Assembly (NCBI GenBank): GCA_040377305.1
Contig: JBEIPA010000002.1
Coordinates: 66,245 to 130,244, forward strand
Source of the DNA: Flavobacteriales bacterium
Lineage (GTDB): Bacteria; Bacteroidota; Bacteroidia; Palsa-965
Length of the DNA: 64,000 nt
Direction: 5' to 3'
Part shown: piece by piece, positions 29,424 through 39,930 of the stretch
How positions within the stretch are numbered: the first letter of the stretch is position 1
How the letters are laid out: each line of letters opens with the position of its first letter
The notes under the pieces: model-generated
Told to the model about the DNA's origin: nothing
Databases searched by the model: none
Seen by the model: the letters and a program-made list of their open reading frames with translations, nothing else
Position numbers and translations under genes: made by a program

Positions 29424-32264
29424 CTAGTGCTGTCCGCCGTGACCGCCACCACCACGATTTTCACCTTTCTCTTCACCTCCACTGGCAATCGGCGCACGGA
29501 ATTTCTTGATATTCCACGTAAACGTTAACATGAAGTACTGCGTCAACACATTCGTGCGCATGTCTTCGAAGTACGTTTCATTGATTGTTCGCGACAAGCT
29601 ATTGTTCTGTTTAAGAATGTCGAATGCGCTGATCCGAACTTCGCACTGTTGCTTCTTCGCAAACTTGTAACCCACTGCAGCATTCCACAATACAAAATCC
29701 TGATTGAACCCAGCACCGAGACCCCGGTACCGCGTGTAATTCACATCGGTGTTGAACAGGAATCCGGAACCGATAATCCAGTTGAACTTCGCAGATGGCG
29801 TGTGATAGTAATAAGCGTTACTCGTTTCAACAGACTGCGTGTTGCGCGTAAGTACGTAAGTCGAATTCCAACCGAGCGTGAAATCAAATATTTCGTTGAT
29901 GTTGCTCGTCATTGCTGCTCCTGCACCGAATGTATTCGAGAATGCAATGTTCTTCACGCCGTTAATGACACCCGGAGATGAATTCAAGCCATACGACCAA
30001 TTCAGGTTAAGATTACTTTTGAGTTTGTTAACGGGCGTACTCCAGGCACCGAACGTGTTTAATGTATAATATCCCTGAAGATTCACAGGTTTTGTATACT
30101 GCCCGCCACGTGAGAGTGTAACACCGTTTCCAACCACGGTATCGCTCTGCGCAATGAGCAATGAGGATCCAATATAATCGGAGATCATACTTCCGGAAAC
30201 GAACAAGAAGAAACTGCTCGATGTTTCCAGATTGGTGAATGTATACCGCGAAAACATCATGTGCGTGTAGCTCTGCTTCAGGTATGGATTTCCCGATGAC
30301 AAAAGCAAGGGATTTGTATTGTCAATCACAGATTGCAATTGTGTAACCGACGGAACGTTTGTTGAACTCCTGTATGTAACACGAATAGATGTGCTCTTCT
30401 TCTTTTTGATTTGCAGGGTGATAGACGGAAGAAGATTGTAGAATGTTTTGGATGTTGTGAGGCTATCCGGAAAGAAATTCTGTCCGTCAAGATCCGTTCG
30501 GACTCCATCCAATCCTAAGTTCCAGGAAACGCCATCCTTGTTGATGCGGTATGATACTCCGGCTTTGTGAGCCATCACACGGTTCTCATAATTGCTGGTA
30601 ACCGTTGAATCAACTTTGATGTAGTCTGTAGCGAGTGAATCGTATTCGAGAGTACGCTTATTCGATGTGTTGAGCGACCAGCTGGGATTGTACGTGAAGG
30701 AAATAATTCCTGTTTTTCCGGCTTTTTCACTCCACGTAATTACCGGTGAAATCATCCAACTCAATCCAATAAGCGAAGAATTCTGGTTGATGTATTCAGA
30801 AGAATCTGTCACTCCATGCCACGTGTTTTGTGAACGCAGTTTTCCGGATCCTTCCTTGTCCGAGTAACTTCCATTGAGTTCTACCGAAACAGTACGTCCT
30901 GGTTTGGAGAATCGATGGCTATACGTTGCCGATCCACTCAATGCCCAGGATGTATTCAATGATGAATTGTTGCTGGATGTTGAGCTCAGTAAATTTCCAT
31001 TCTCGGCATTCGCTGCCTGCACCACACTGGAGAAGTCGGTAAAATTGTAATTGAACTTTGGCGCGAATACAAATTTGTTCAATGAATCGGCATTGTACTC
31101 GAAACGCAGATTTGCACGATGTGAAACGTTCTTCGCATTCGAAGAACTGTTCTGGAAGTACGTATTTCCTAAAGCAGGTGCATAATACGTGCGATTCAGA
31201 AACGACTCGTTCACATTATCCGTTGTGTTGAAGAAATAGCTTCCGCTCAACTGAGTCTTCGGATTAAACTTGTTCGTGTAGTTCAATCCGAATGAGCTCA
31301 CGCCTGTAATTCCGTTTTGCTTTCCGATCGAAAAGCCGTTATCGCCTCCTCTTCCCCGTCCGCCTCCGCGACTACCTCCACTGTTCCCGGTTACGCCACT
31401 CAAGTCCGACTGAGAAAAGTTCACCTGATTGATGTTGTTGAAGTTCCCGAGAAAAGTAAATTTTTGCTGACCACGAAAATCGTTAACCACAAATCCGGAC
31501 TGATAATGATCTTCGGTTCCATAACCGGCGTAAACTTTCCCGAACGTCGCATTCGAGTACTGATTCTTCGTGACGATATTCATCGCCTTCTTCGTATTTC
31601 CATCATCGACACCCGAGAAAACGGACTGGTCGCTTTTCTGATCGAAAATCTGAATCTTCTCCACCATATCGGCAGGCATATTCTTCAATACGGAAGTCGC
31701 GTCTTCACCAAAATATTCTTTCCCATCAACGAGAACCTTCTGAACCGTTTCACCTTGCGCTCTCACTTCACCATTCACCACCTGTATACCAGGCATCTTG
31801 GCTACAAGATCTTCAGCAGTTGCATCCGGATTGGTTTTGAAAGCAGCTGCATTCATTTCAATCGTATCGTTCTTCGGAACTACGCGTACCATGTTCGTGC
31901 GAATGACAACCGTGTTTAGCAGATTCGAGTCGGCATACATGGGAATAACTCCCAGATCAATCGAAGAATCACGCAACATGATGGTTTGAGTAATCGGAAC
32001 AAAACTCGAATAACGAATCGTCATCCGGTATCGTCCGCGTTCAAGATTCTCGAATACAAATTTCCCGGATGTATCAGCAACATTACCTCTTAACGCTGAA
32101 TCTGGAAAGTGTCGCAACGTGATTACTGCGCCGTAAAGTGCAGCGGTATCGGTTGCACTTACAAGCTGACCCTTGATCGATAATTGAGCGTGGAGACGGT
32201 TTCCCTGAACTGCAGTCAGAAGCAGCGCACACATCACAAAAAGAATCCGAACCGATTTAATCAC
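29424..32264 (-). CDS. TonB-dependent-receptor-like outer membrane beta-barrel protein (CarboxypepD_reg + plug-like + barrel)
   Basis: Has a signal peptide. N-terminal IKGQLVSATDTAALYGAVITL is carboxypeptidase-regulatory-like. Plug-like GIQVVNGEVRAQGE. 946 aa with a Gly/His-rich C-terminus. Confidence 0.55.
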   Translation of the reverse strand: MIKSVRILFVMCALLLTAVQGNRLHAQLSIKGQLVSATDTAALYGAVITLRHFPDSALRGNVADTSGKFVFENLERGRYRMTIRYSSFVPITQTIMLRDSSIDLGVIPMYADSNLLNTVVIRTNMVRVVPKNDTIEMNAAAFKTNPDATAEDLVAKMPGIQVVNGEVRAQGETVQKVLVDGKEYFGEDATSVLKNMPADMVEKIQIFDQKSDQSVFSGVDDGNTKKAMNIVTKNQYSNATFGKVYAGYGTEDHYQSGFVVNDFRGQQKFTFLGNFNNINQVNFSQSDLSGVTGNSGGSRGGGRGRGGDNGFSIGKQNGITGVSSFGLNYTNKFNPKTQLSGSYFFNTTDNVNESFLNRTYYAPALGNTYFQNSSSNAKNVSHRANLRFEYNADSLNKFVFAPKFNYNFTDFSSVVQAANAENGNLLSSTSSNNSSLNTSWALSGSATYSHRFSKPGRTVSVELNGSYSDKEGSGKLRSQNTWHGVTDSSEYINQNSSLIGLSWMISPVITWSEKAGKTGIISFTYNPSWSLNTSNKRTLEYDSLATDYIKVDSTVTSNYENRVMAHKAGVSYRINKDGVSWNLGLDGVRTDLDGQNFFPDSLTTSKTFYNLLPSITLQIKKKKSTSIRVTYRSSTNVPSVTQLQSVIDNTNPLLLSSGNPYLKQSYTHMMFSRYTFTNLETSSSFFLFVSGSMISDYIGSSLLIAQSDTVVGNGVTLSRGGQYTKPVNLQGYYTLNTFGAWSTPVNKLKSNLNLNWSYGLNSSPGVINGVKNIAFSNTFGAGAAMTSNINEIFDFTLGWNSTYVLTRNTQSVETSNAYYYHTPSAKFNWIIGSGFLFNTDVNYTRYRGLGAGFNQDFVLWNAAVGYKFAKKQQCEVRISAFDILKQNNSLSRTINETYFEDMRTNVLTQYFMLTFTWNIKKFRAPIASGGEEKGENRGGGGHGGQH

Positions 32265-32320
32265 GTAGAATAATTAGCTTAGCAAAGATACGATTCACAT
32301 TCCCAACGGTTTGACAAAAA

Positions 32321-32908
32321 GTGCTAATCGCGGCGAAACACGCACATTATCACCAGAAAGTGTTAGGAAAATTCGTGCCAGGCATCACCTTCATTTTGCA
32401 GAATGAAGTTGATATTTTACCTTTAGAAAACACATTAAACCCATTTACAATGACGTTACAAGAAGTTACTCCTATGGTGGAGGCAAGTCTCGCAGGATTG
32501 AAAGTTGATCCGGCACTTTGTCGTGGTGAAAAACCAGGACAATGGTCGTACACAATCAAAGGATCTGCAGTTTGGATCGACGTTTTCAGCTCTGAAGCGA
32601 ATGCTGGAAAATGGTACATCCAGGTGATGAGTCCCATTTGTGAAGTTCCGGACAGAAAGACTGCTGAGTTTTATCAGGATCTTCTGGAGATCAATTACAA
32701 TCTCTACGGATCATGGATCTGCAAAAAGAACAACTGGCTTTACATCACTTGCCTTCGCGAAACAGTAGGCATTGACCAAAGTGAAATTGATGCTACGCTG
32801 GACCGCATCGGGTTTTACGGAAGCGATTACAAAGCAAAACTTACGTTCAAGTACGAAGGTTCCTGGAATCCAAAAGTGGTTGAGCCGATTACTGGCGGAA
32901 GAGGATAG
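32321..32908 (+). CDS. YbjN-like domain protein (hypothetical)
   Basis: About 150-aa core with WIDVFSSEANAGKWYIQV ... YNLYGSWICKKNNWLYITCL. The likely start is the internal MTLQEVTPM. Confidence 0.45.
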   Translation: MLIAAKHAHYHQKVLGKFVPGITFILQNEVDILPLENTLNPFTMTLQEVTPMVEASLAGLKVDPALCRGEKPGQWSYTIKGSAVWIDVFSSEANAGKWYIQVMSPICEVPDRKTAEFYQDLLEINYNLYGSWICKKNNWLYITCLRETVGIDQSEIDATLDRIGFYGSDYKAKLTFKYEGSWNPKVVEPITGGRG

Positions 32909-32980
32909 GTTCTCGTCCAGAAGAACATCGGGTTACGTGGACTGAAGTCCTCGGTTATCATCTCTATTACAGACTATTTA

Positions 32981-33025
32981 ATGTGCAAGAGCCCAGACAG
33001 ATTCTCTGTCTGGGCTCTTGCACAT
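32981..33025. terminator. Bidirectional terminator, 19-bp perfect stem
   Basis: ATGTGCAAGAGCCCAGACA, 7-nt loop, TGTCTGGGCTCTTGCACAT. Sits between convergent genes. Confidence 0.6.
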
Positions 33026-33060
33026 CATGCACAATAAAAATGAAATGATAACCGTGGGCT

Positions 33061-33312
33061 TCAGCCCACGTATTCAAATCGTGGAACTAACTTCCCTTCC
33101 ACAACAACATTTTCGGTGAACATACGGAGTGGTCTTACCCACAAAGTATGTTCACCTTTTTCGTTTGTGTTGTCAGGGTTTACTTCTGAAACCGGAGCAA
33201 GGGGGCGATAAACAACAAGTACTTCGAGTGTTTCACTGTGTTGGGCAAGATCAATTACTTCGTAAAGATTGCCTTTGTAGTGACGATATTTTCCTTTGCG
33301 TAAATCCGGCAT
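33061..33312 (-). CDS. DUF1653 family protein
   Basis: YRHYKGNLYEVIDLAQHSETLEVLVVYRPL matches the DUF1653 signature. 83 aa. Confidence 0.65.
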   Translation of the reverse strand: MPDLRKGKYRHYKGNLYEVIDLAQHSETLEVLVVYRPLAPVSEVNPDNTNEKGEHTLWVRPLRMFTENVVVEGKLVPRFEYVG

Positions 33313-33320
33313 GAACGAAC

Positions 33321-33704
33321 TTATTGTTTGAGAGTAATACCCTTACCAACCAATTCTTCGTGTGATAAGGTTGGAAATCCACCACCAGCCTTGAGCTTTT
33401 CTACCACGAGTTGTGCGATAATCCCTGCTTCGTCTTCGTTTACAAATCCAGCAGTGCCGGGCTCACCAGGAATATTTGTTTGATGGATGAGTTTCTTATC
33501 TCCATCGTATACGTCGTAACCATAACCATTTGGAGCGCCAGAACTATCGATATTCGCAAACACCTCGTAATGATAGAAGGTAGGCTGAACTTCAGCTGAA
33601 GTCGCAACCGGAACCGTTACCATGGAGGGTTCCTTTTCAGGAGACGTCCCGCACCCCTGCAGGATAAAAAAACATGAAATTGCCAGTGATAAAGTGCGTT
33701 GCAT
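33321..33704 (-). CDS. DUF4907-like lipoprotein
   Basis: Lipobox LQGC. Core GYGYDVYDGDKKLIHQTNIPGEPGTAGF resembles Bacteroidota DUF4907. Confidence 0.5.
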   Translation of the reverse strand: MQRTLSLAISCFFILQGCGTSPEKEPSMVTVPVATSAEVQPTFYHYEVFANIDSSGAPNGYGYDVYDGDKKLIHQTNIPGEPGTAGFVNEDEAGIIAQLVVEKLKAGGGFPTLSHEELVGKGITLKQ

Positions 33705-33960
33705 ACCTCAACAACTTTACGAATAATTAGTGGGAAAGCGAAAGAAATAAGGATTGACCAGGGTGAATTACGCTCGTTCAGAGACATCTGTTCCCCGTAT
33801 TCCGGAATCCAAATTCCCAAGTGTTAAAACGTGCAAATGTCAGTAACGATACGAAGTTTCCTGCGTCTCACACACGTTGATTCTCGCTCAAATGACCAGT
33901 TATCGTGCAATATGATTATTCCATCGCATTCTTACCCGCAGGCTTAAAGATTGTCTAATT

Positions 33961-36369
33961 TTGCGGGCGCTTCGCTCTATACAAAACCCTATGAAGCAAT
34001 CTCGACATCTCGTTCTATTTCTTCTTTTCAGCTTGTTCGTTTTATCACTAAACGCACAAGCTAACCGCTACACTATTTCCGGATACATACGCGACGCTTC
34101 AAACGGTGAAGCGCTCATCGGTGCAACTGTAATGCTCAAGTCTCCGCTTGCTGGTACGGTGACAAACACATACGGATTCTTCTCGCTAACCGCAGATGCT
34201 GGTACGTACGAATTCTCGGTGGTGTACATCGGCATGGAAGCATACATCGACAGCCTAACGTTGTCGAAAGACACGTTCATGGAAGTCCGTTTGAAGACCC
34301 GCGAATTGAAAGAAGTTGTAATCACAGACGACAAAGCCGATCAGAATATCGATGATGCACAAATGGGTACCGTTCGTCTCGAAATGAAAACCGTGAGTAA
34401 GCTCCCGGCCTTCATGGGAGAAGTTGATATTCTGAAAACCATTCAGCTACTACCCGGAGTTAAAGGTGGTGCAGAAGGCAATTCCGGCTTTTATGTTCGC
34501 GGCGGTGGTCCTGACCAAAACCTGATTCTGCTTGACGAAGCTACCGTGTACAATGCGGGCCACTTATTCGGATTCTTCTCTGTATTCAATGGAGATGCAG
34601 TGAAAGACATTAACCTCATCAAAGGTGGAATGCCTGCACAATATGGCGGACGACTTTCCTCTGTGTTGGACATCTCCATGAAAGAAGGAAATGATCAGCA
34701 CTTCCAGGTAAACGGAGGAATTGGCGTCATTGCTTCACGCATCACCGTACAAGGACCGATCAAAAAGGACACGGCGTCGTTCATTATTGCGGCCAGAAGA
34801 ACCTACATCGATGTGTTGATGAAACCATTCGTGAAAGAATCATCTCCGTTCAAAGGCTCCGGATATTATTTCTACGATCTCAACACCAAAATAAACTGGC
34901 GTATCAACGACAAGAATCGTGTTTTCGCCAGCGGATATTTTGGTCGCGATGTATTCACGTACAACAATGCAGAATCAGGTTTCAAAGTTGGAATTCCATG
35001 GGGAAACGCAACTACATCGATACGTTGGAACCATTTGTTCGGACCTCGTTTATTCCTGAACACAACTGCAGTCTTCAGCGATTACAAATTTGAATTCATT
35101 GCAGAGCAGGATGGATTTGAATTCAAACTCTTCTCCGGCATCCGCGATTTCAACGGCAAACTCGATTTTTATTTCCAGCCGAATAACAATCACAATATTC
35201 GCTTCGGCGGAAATTACACCTGGCACATTTTCACTCCGAACAACGTTTCTGCAAAAGCAGGTGAAACCGTTTTTGATCTTGGCGGATTGATTAAACAGTA
35301 CGCACACGAAAGCGGAATTTATATCAACGACGATTGGGATATCACCGACCGATGGAGAGTTTCTTATGGAGTTCGTTATTCATACTTCATGCAGGTGGGA
35401 CCGTTTGATCGCTACGTGAAAGATGTAACCGGACGCACGGTTGATACAATCAGCTACAACAAATTCAAAAAGGTTGCTGACTATGGCGGAATCGAACCAC
35501 GCATCAGTGTGCGATTCATGGTCGACGAAACTTCATCGATCAAAGCGGCATTCACACGTAATCTGCAGTACGTACACCTTGCAACGATCTCTCCTATTTC
35601 CTTGCCAACCGATATTTGGGTTCCATGTTCGGATGTGGTAAAACCTCAGGATGGATTCCAGATTGCCGCTGGTTACTTCAAAAATTTCCATGACAACGAT
35701 TTTGAAACGTCAGTAGAAATTTACTACAAGAGCATGAAGAACCAGGTTGAGTTCATTCCCGGTGCACTTCCGGAAGACAACGTGAATAACAACACCGACA
35801 ATAATTTCACATTCGGTTCCGGTGAGTCGTACGGTGCTGAATTCTTCATTAAGAAACGTACAGGAAAATTCAACGGCTGGATCGGTTATACACTTTCGTG
35901 GACAACACGTACGTTTCCCGGAATTGAAAACGGAAGAACGTATTACGCACGGTACGACCGTCGTCACGATGTTTCGGTTGTTACCATTTACGAACTGAAT
36001 GAGCGTTGGACATTCGGTGCAGTATTTGTGTACGGAACAGGAAATGCAATCACGCTCCCGGAATCACGCTACATCATCGAAGGACAAATTGTTCCGGAAT
36101 ATGGTCCGCGCAACAGTTACCGAATGGCACCATACCACCGTGCAGATGTAAGCGCTACATACACCTGCAAAAAGAAAAAATTGTTCAACAGACTTCCTTA
36201 TCAGAACTCGTGGAACTTTGCAGTGTATAATGTTTACAACCGCCACAATCCGTATTTCATTTACTTCGACAACGAAGGAAGCATAGACACCGGGGATCTG
36301 AGAGTTTCTGCCAAACAGGTTTCGCTTTTCCCCATCATTCCTTCAGTTACATGGAACTTCAGCTTTTAA
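33961..36369 (+). CDS. TonB-dependent receptor
   Basis: Has a signal peptide. CarboxypepD_reg-like N-domain YTISGYIRDASNGEALIGATVML. Plug domain (ILKTIQLLPGV...GFYVRGG). C-terminal barrel ending in an aromatic residue. 802 aa. Confidence 0.8.
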   Translation: MRALRSIQNPMKQSRHLVLFLLFSLFVLSLNAQANRYTISGYIRDASNGEALIGATVMLKSPLAGTVTNTYGFFSLTADAGTYEFSVVYIGMEAYIDSLTLSKDTFMEVRLKTRELKEVVITDDKADQNIDDAQMGTVRLEMKTVSKLPAFMGEVDILKTIQLLPGVKGGAEGNSGFYVRGGGPDQNLILLDEATVYNAGHLFGFFSVFNGDAVKDINLIKGGMPAQYGGRLSSVLDISMKEGNDQHFQVNGGIGVIASRITVQGPIKKDTASFIIAARRTYIDVLMKPFVKESSPFKGSGYYFYDLNTKINWRINDKNRVFASGYFGRDVFTYNNAESGFKVGIPWGNATTSIRWNHLFGPRLFLNTTAVFSDYKFEFIAEQDGFEFKLFSGIRDFNGKLDFYFQPNNNHNIRFGGNYTWHIFTPNNVSAKAGETVFDLGGLIKQYAHESGIYINDDWDITDRWRVSYGVRYSYFMQVGPFDRYVKDVTGRTVDTISYNKFKKVADYGGIEPRISVRFMVDETSSIKAAFTRNLQYVHLATISPISLPTDIWVPCSDVVKPQDGFQIAAGYFKNFHDNDFETSVEIYYKSMKNQVEFIPGALPEDNVNNNTDNNFTFGSGESYGAEFFIKKRTGKFNGWIGYTLSWTTRTFPGIENGRTYYARYDRRHDVSVVTIYELNERWTFGAVFVYGTGNAITLPESRYIIEGQIVPEYGPRNSYRMAPYHRADVSATYTCKKKKLFNRLPYQNSWNFAVYNVYNRHNPYFIYFDNEGSIDTGDLRVSAKQVSLFPIIPSVTWNFSF

Positions 36370-36373
36370 GATC

Positions 36374-37237
36374 ATGAGAAAACTTCTTCCATATCTCTTC
36401 CTCGCTGTATTCGCTGTTTCATGCGAAAAGGAAATCGGCATTGTGTTGCCCGATCCAGAATCACTCATTGTTGTCGACGGCGGCATCACTACAGGTGAAG
36501 TTGCAAAAGTCACACTCACATGGAGTGCAGGTTACTTTGATCCGCTTGATTCTGCTTCCTTAATCAACTACGTGATCACCACGAACGCGCTGGTGACCGT
36601 AACCGATGGCATTACAACAGATACACTCGCAGTAACGATAGATTTCAATCGTCCGATTCCCTTTGTATGGGTTGGCTCAGATGTAATTGGTCAGGTCGGA
36701 AGAACATACACACTCACCGTAGTCGCCGATGGTAAAACGGTAACGAGCACAACCACAATTCCAACGCCTGTTCCACTCGACAGCGTGTGGTTCGAACCGG
36801 AAATTCCTGGTGACAGTCTCGGTTTTGCATGGGCGCATTTGACAGATCCTGTAGGCTACGGCAACGGTTATCGCTGGTTCACGATGCGTTTAGGTGAAGA
36901 CGCAACGTTCCTTCCACCTTTCGGTTCTTCATTCGACGACAACTTCATCGAAGGTCAATCTTTCGATTTCGGATATAGTCGCCCGTCATCATCGAACTCA
37001 CAGCTGCCTGAAGACAACGATTTCCGTCGCGGCTATTTCATCACCGGCGATTCTATTGTCGTGAAGTTCTGCGCAATTGGAATAGCCGAAGCCGACTTCT
37101 TCCGCACCTACGAAATTGAAGTGAGCAACAACGGAAATCCGTTCGCATCACCGGGTGTCATTGAATCGAATGTGGACGGTGGACTCGGTGTATTCTGCGG
37201 TTACAGTCCAAGTTACGACACGATCATCTGTCAGTAA
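36374..37237 (+). CDS. DUF4249 family lipoprotein (TonB-receptor-associated)
   Basis: Lipobox AVSC. Lies immediately downstream of the TonB-dependent receptor, as is typical for DUF4249. Confidence 0.6.
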   Translation: MRKLLPYLFLAVFAVSCEKEIGIVLPDPESLIVVDGGITTGEVAKVTLTWSAGYFDPLDSASLINYVITTNALVTVTDGITTDTLAVTIDFNRPIPFVWVGSDVIGQVGRTYTLTVVADGKTVTSTTTIPTPVPLDSVWFEPEIPGDSLGFAWAHLTDPVGYGNGYRWFTMRLGEDATFLPPFGSSFDDNFIEGQSFDFGYSRPSSSNSQLPEDNDFRRGYFITGDSIVVKFCAIGIAEADFFRTYEIEVSNNGNPFASPGVIESNVDGGLGVFCGYSPSYDTIICQ

Positions 37238-37287
37238 AACGATTAGTTGATTGTCAATCTCTAATTAGCTGAAAAAAGGTCTTATCA

Positions 37288-37355
37288 ATCGGCATATCGG
37301 CACATCAGCATATCGGCATATCGGCATATCGGCACATAAGCACATCGGCACATCG
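37288..37355. repeat. 8-bp tandem repeat GGCAYATC (locus 2), about 8 units
   Basis: aatcGGCATATCGGCACATCAGCATATCGGCATATCGGCATATCGGCACATAAGCACATCGGCACATC. Confidence 0.6.
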
Positions 37356-37469
37356 ATTCGGTGTTAATATCTGAATAGCTTTTGTCAATAAGGTCATAGT
37401 TTTTGATGTTAGCATCAACCCCATTCCGGTGTTACTTTTGCGGACACACAAATTCAATTTCACACACGT

Positions 37470-38420
37470 ATGAGTGCTACACCCGAGAAAGTAAGTTGCC
37501 TGATTGTAGGATCAGGTCCTGCAGGATATACCGCTGCTATTTACGCAGCACGCGCCGATCTGAAACCAATGATGTACATGGGACCAGAGCCAGGCGGACA
37601 ATTAACCACGACTACCGAAGTTGAGAACTATCCCGGATTTCCGAAGGGAGTTCAGGGTCCTGAAATGATGGAGCTTTTCAAAGAACAGGCTGCTCGTTTC
37701 AATACCGATATTCGTTACGGGTGGGCTACAAAAGTTGATTTCACCGGTCCGGTTCACAAAGTCTGGATGGACGATGGTAAAATTGAAATTCACGCCGACA
37801 CGGTAATCATTGCAACAGGAGCTACAGCGAAATGGCTCGGACTTCCATCGGAGCAGAAGTATCGTTCTATCGGTGGAGTTTCTGCTTGCGCTGTTTGTGA
37901 TGGATTCTTCTACCGCGGAAAAGATGTTGCTATTGTAGGTGCAGGAGACACAGCTGCAGAGGAAGCAACCTATCTCGCGAAGCTCTGCAAAAAAGTCTAC
38001 ATGATCATCCGTAAAGGAGAAATGCGCGCTTCAAAAGCCATGCAGCATCGCGTTCTGAATACAGCGAATATCGAAGTACTTTATCATACCGAAACGAAAG
38101 AGGTCCTCGGAAACGACATGGGTGTGACTGGTGCAATTGTTCACAATTCTGCAACCGGTGAAGATCGCACACTGGACATTTACGGCTTCTTCGTTGCAAT
38201 CGGACACAAACCAAACACCGATATTTTTAAAGGCTGGCTCGACATGGATGAATCAGGTTATCTGAAAACAATTCCAGGCACGAGCAAAACCAATATCGAC
38301 GGTGTTTTCGCTGTGGGTGACGCGCAGGACAAAGTTTATCGTCAGGCCGTAACAGCAGCCGGAAGCGGATGTATGGGTGCGCTTGATGCAGAGCGTTATC
38401 TCGCTGCAAAAGGACACTAA
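37470..38420 (+). CDS. trxB: Thioredoxin-disulfide reductase
   Basis: Redox-active CAVCDG. FAD motif GSGPAG and NADPH motif GAGDTA. 316 aa. Confidence 0.9.
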   Translation: MSATPEKVSCLIVGSGPAGYTAAIYAARADLKPMMYMGPEPGGQLTTTTEVENYPGFPKGVQGPEMMELFKEQAARFNTDIRYGWATKVDFTGPVHKVWMDDGKIEIHADTVIIATGATAKWLGLPSEQKYRSIGGVSACAVCDGFFYRGKDVAIVGAGDTAAEEATYLAKLCKKVYMIIRKGEMRASKAMQHRVLNTANIEVLYHTETKEVLGNDMGVTGAIVHNSATGEDRTLDIYGFFVAIGHKPNTDIFKGWLDMDESGYLKTIPGTSKTNIDGVFAVGDAQDKVYRQAVTAAGSGCMGALDAERYLAAKGH

Positions 38421-38436
38421 AACAGTAAGCTAGTTT

Positions 38437-38498
38437 GCGGTGCGCAGTTCGCAGTGAAAAGCAGGTTCCTGCACACTGCGTACTGCGCATTTATTTTT
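38437..38498 (+). terminator. trxB terminator built from a GCAGT-unit palindrome (locus F)
   Basis: GCGGTGCGCAGTTCGCAGTG, loop, CACTGCGTACTGCGCA, then TTTATTTTT. Confidence 0.5.
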
Positions 38499-38528
38499 GC
38501 TGCTAATTTTGTACTTTCACGACTGAGC

Positions 38529-39266
38529 ATGCGCTTTATCTGCACACTTCTTCTCTTTATACTGTTTTCCCCGCTGCACGCGCAGTTCGGGAAGCAGAAA
38601 GACACGCGTAAGTACTATGTCTTCGCTGAAGTGTATGATTCATCGTACGGCATCGCGACTTACGAAAATCTGAACCGCTTAATGGGTGGAGATTCTGTTC
38701 GCTACAATCTGAAAGGCTGCGCAGCGCAAGGATGGTGGGAAGACTATTACAAAACCGGCACCATCATGCATTCCGGCTACTATCAGGACGGAATGCTTAC
38801 GACGTACAAGAACTATTACGAGAATGGTCAACTCGAACGCGAGTTCAAATCAATCGACTACTTCCGATACCAGATGGTTTTGTATTGGCCAAATGGAAAA
38901 GTCCGTTCAGACATCACCTACTTCGAGGGCGCGGAAGAAATTACACATGAATACTACGAGAACGGCAATGCGGAATTCATGGAAGAGTATGCCGACAAGT
39001 GTGACTATCTGAAGTTTCGCCAGTTCTATTACGAGAATGGGAACCTGCAAAGTGACATGCAATTACTCAACAAGAAAAAGATGGTCTACACCCACAAAGA
39101 CTATCACGAAAACGGGAAAGTGGAAGCAGAAGGCACTATGCAGTACTACGAAGAAATTGACAACTACATGAAAGAAGGTTCATGGAAAGTCTACGATGAA
39201 ACGGGGAAGTTGATTTCGATCGAAGAATACGTGCGCGGGCAGATGGTGTCGGAGAAAAAACAATAA
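38529..39266 (+). CDS. MORN-repeat-variant (YwqK-like) secreted protein
   Basis: Signal peptide MRFICTLLLFILFSPLHAQ. Repeated YYENGQL.. / YYENGNAE / YYENGNLQ / YHENGKVE units. Confidence 0.55.
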   Translation: MRFICTLLLFILFSPLHAQFGKQKDTRKYYVFAEVYDSSYGIATYENLNRLMGGDSVRYNLKGCAAQGWWEDYYKTGTIMHSGYYQDGMLTTYKNYYENGQLEREFKSIDYFRYQMVLYWPNGKVRSDITYFEGAEEITHEYYENGNAEFMEEYADKCDYLKFRQFYYENGNLQSDMQLLNKKKMVYTHKDYHENGKVEAEGTMQYYEEIDNYMKEGSWKVYDETGKLISIEEYVRGQMVSEKKQ

Positions 39267-39336
39267 GTTCTAAGTTCACCGTTCAAAGTTCACCGTTATC
39301 GTGTTATAAATTCCGGATTTTTCCGGGAGTGGTAGA

Positions 39337-39930
39337 CTACCTCTTGTGACGAGCAGCCAGGACTTTTTCAACGTCACTTAGCGAATACCCCTTCGCAGAT
39401 AAAAGCACGACATAGTGAAACAACAAATCAGCTGCTTCACCAAGAAACTTTTTCTCGTCATTGTCCTTCGATTCAATCACCAACTCAACAGCCTCCTCGC
39501 CTACTTTCTGCGCAATTTTATTAATCCCGGCAGCATAGAGTTGAGCTGTGTAGGATGAAGATGGATCCGCACCTTTTCTTTTCTGGATAACTTCTTCCAT
39601 CAAGGATAGAAAATTTCCTGTGTTTGATTCGCCCCAACACGTGTCTGTCCCCTTGTGACAAACCGGCCCGTTTGTCGTTGCTGTGATGAGAAGCGTATCG
39701 TTGTCGCAATCGAGTTTGATGGAAACAACATCCAGAAAATGTCCGCTCTCTTCACCTTTTGTCCACAAACGCTTTTTCGACCGCGAATAGAATGTGACAC
39801 GATTACTCGCTTGTGTTGCCGCCAATGATTCAGCGTTCATATAACCAAGCATGAGAACGTTATTGGTCACTGCATCCTGAATCACTGCAGGAATTAGTCC
39901 ATCAGCATTTTTTGAGAAATCCGGATTCAT
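39337..39930 (-). CDS. hisI: Bifunctional phosphoribosyl-AMP cyclohydrolase / phosphoribosyl-ATP pyrophosphatase
   Basis: N-terminal HisI (GLIPAVIQD...CDND) plus C-terminal HisE (LLFHYVVLL). 197 aa. Confidence 0.85.
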   Translation of the reverse strand: MNPDFSKNADGLIPAVIQDAVTNNVLMLGYMNAESLAATQASNRVTFYSRSKKRLWTKGEESGHFLDVVSIKLDCDNDTLLITATTNGPVCHKGTDTCWGESNTGNFLSLMEEVIQKRKGADPSSSYTAQLYAAGINKIAQKVGEEAVELVIESKDNDEKKFLGEAADLLFHYVVLLSAKGYSLSDVEKVLAARHKR

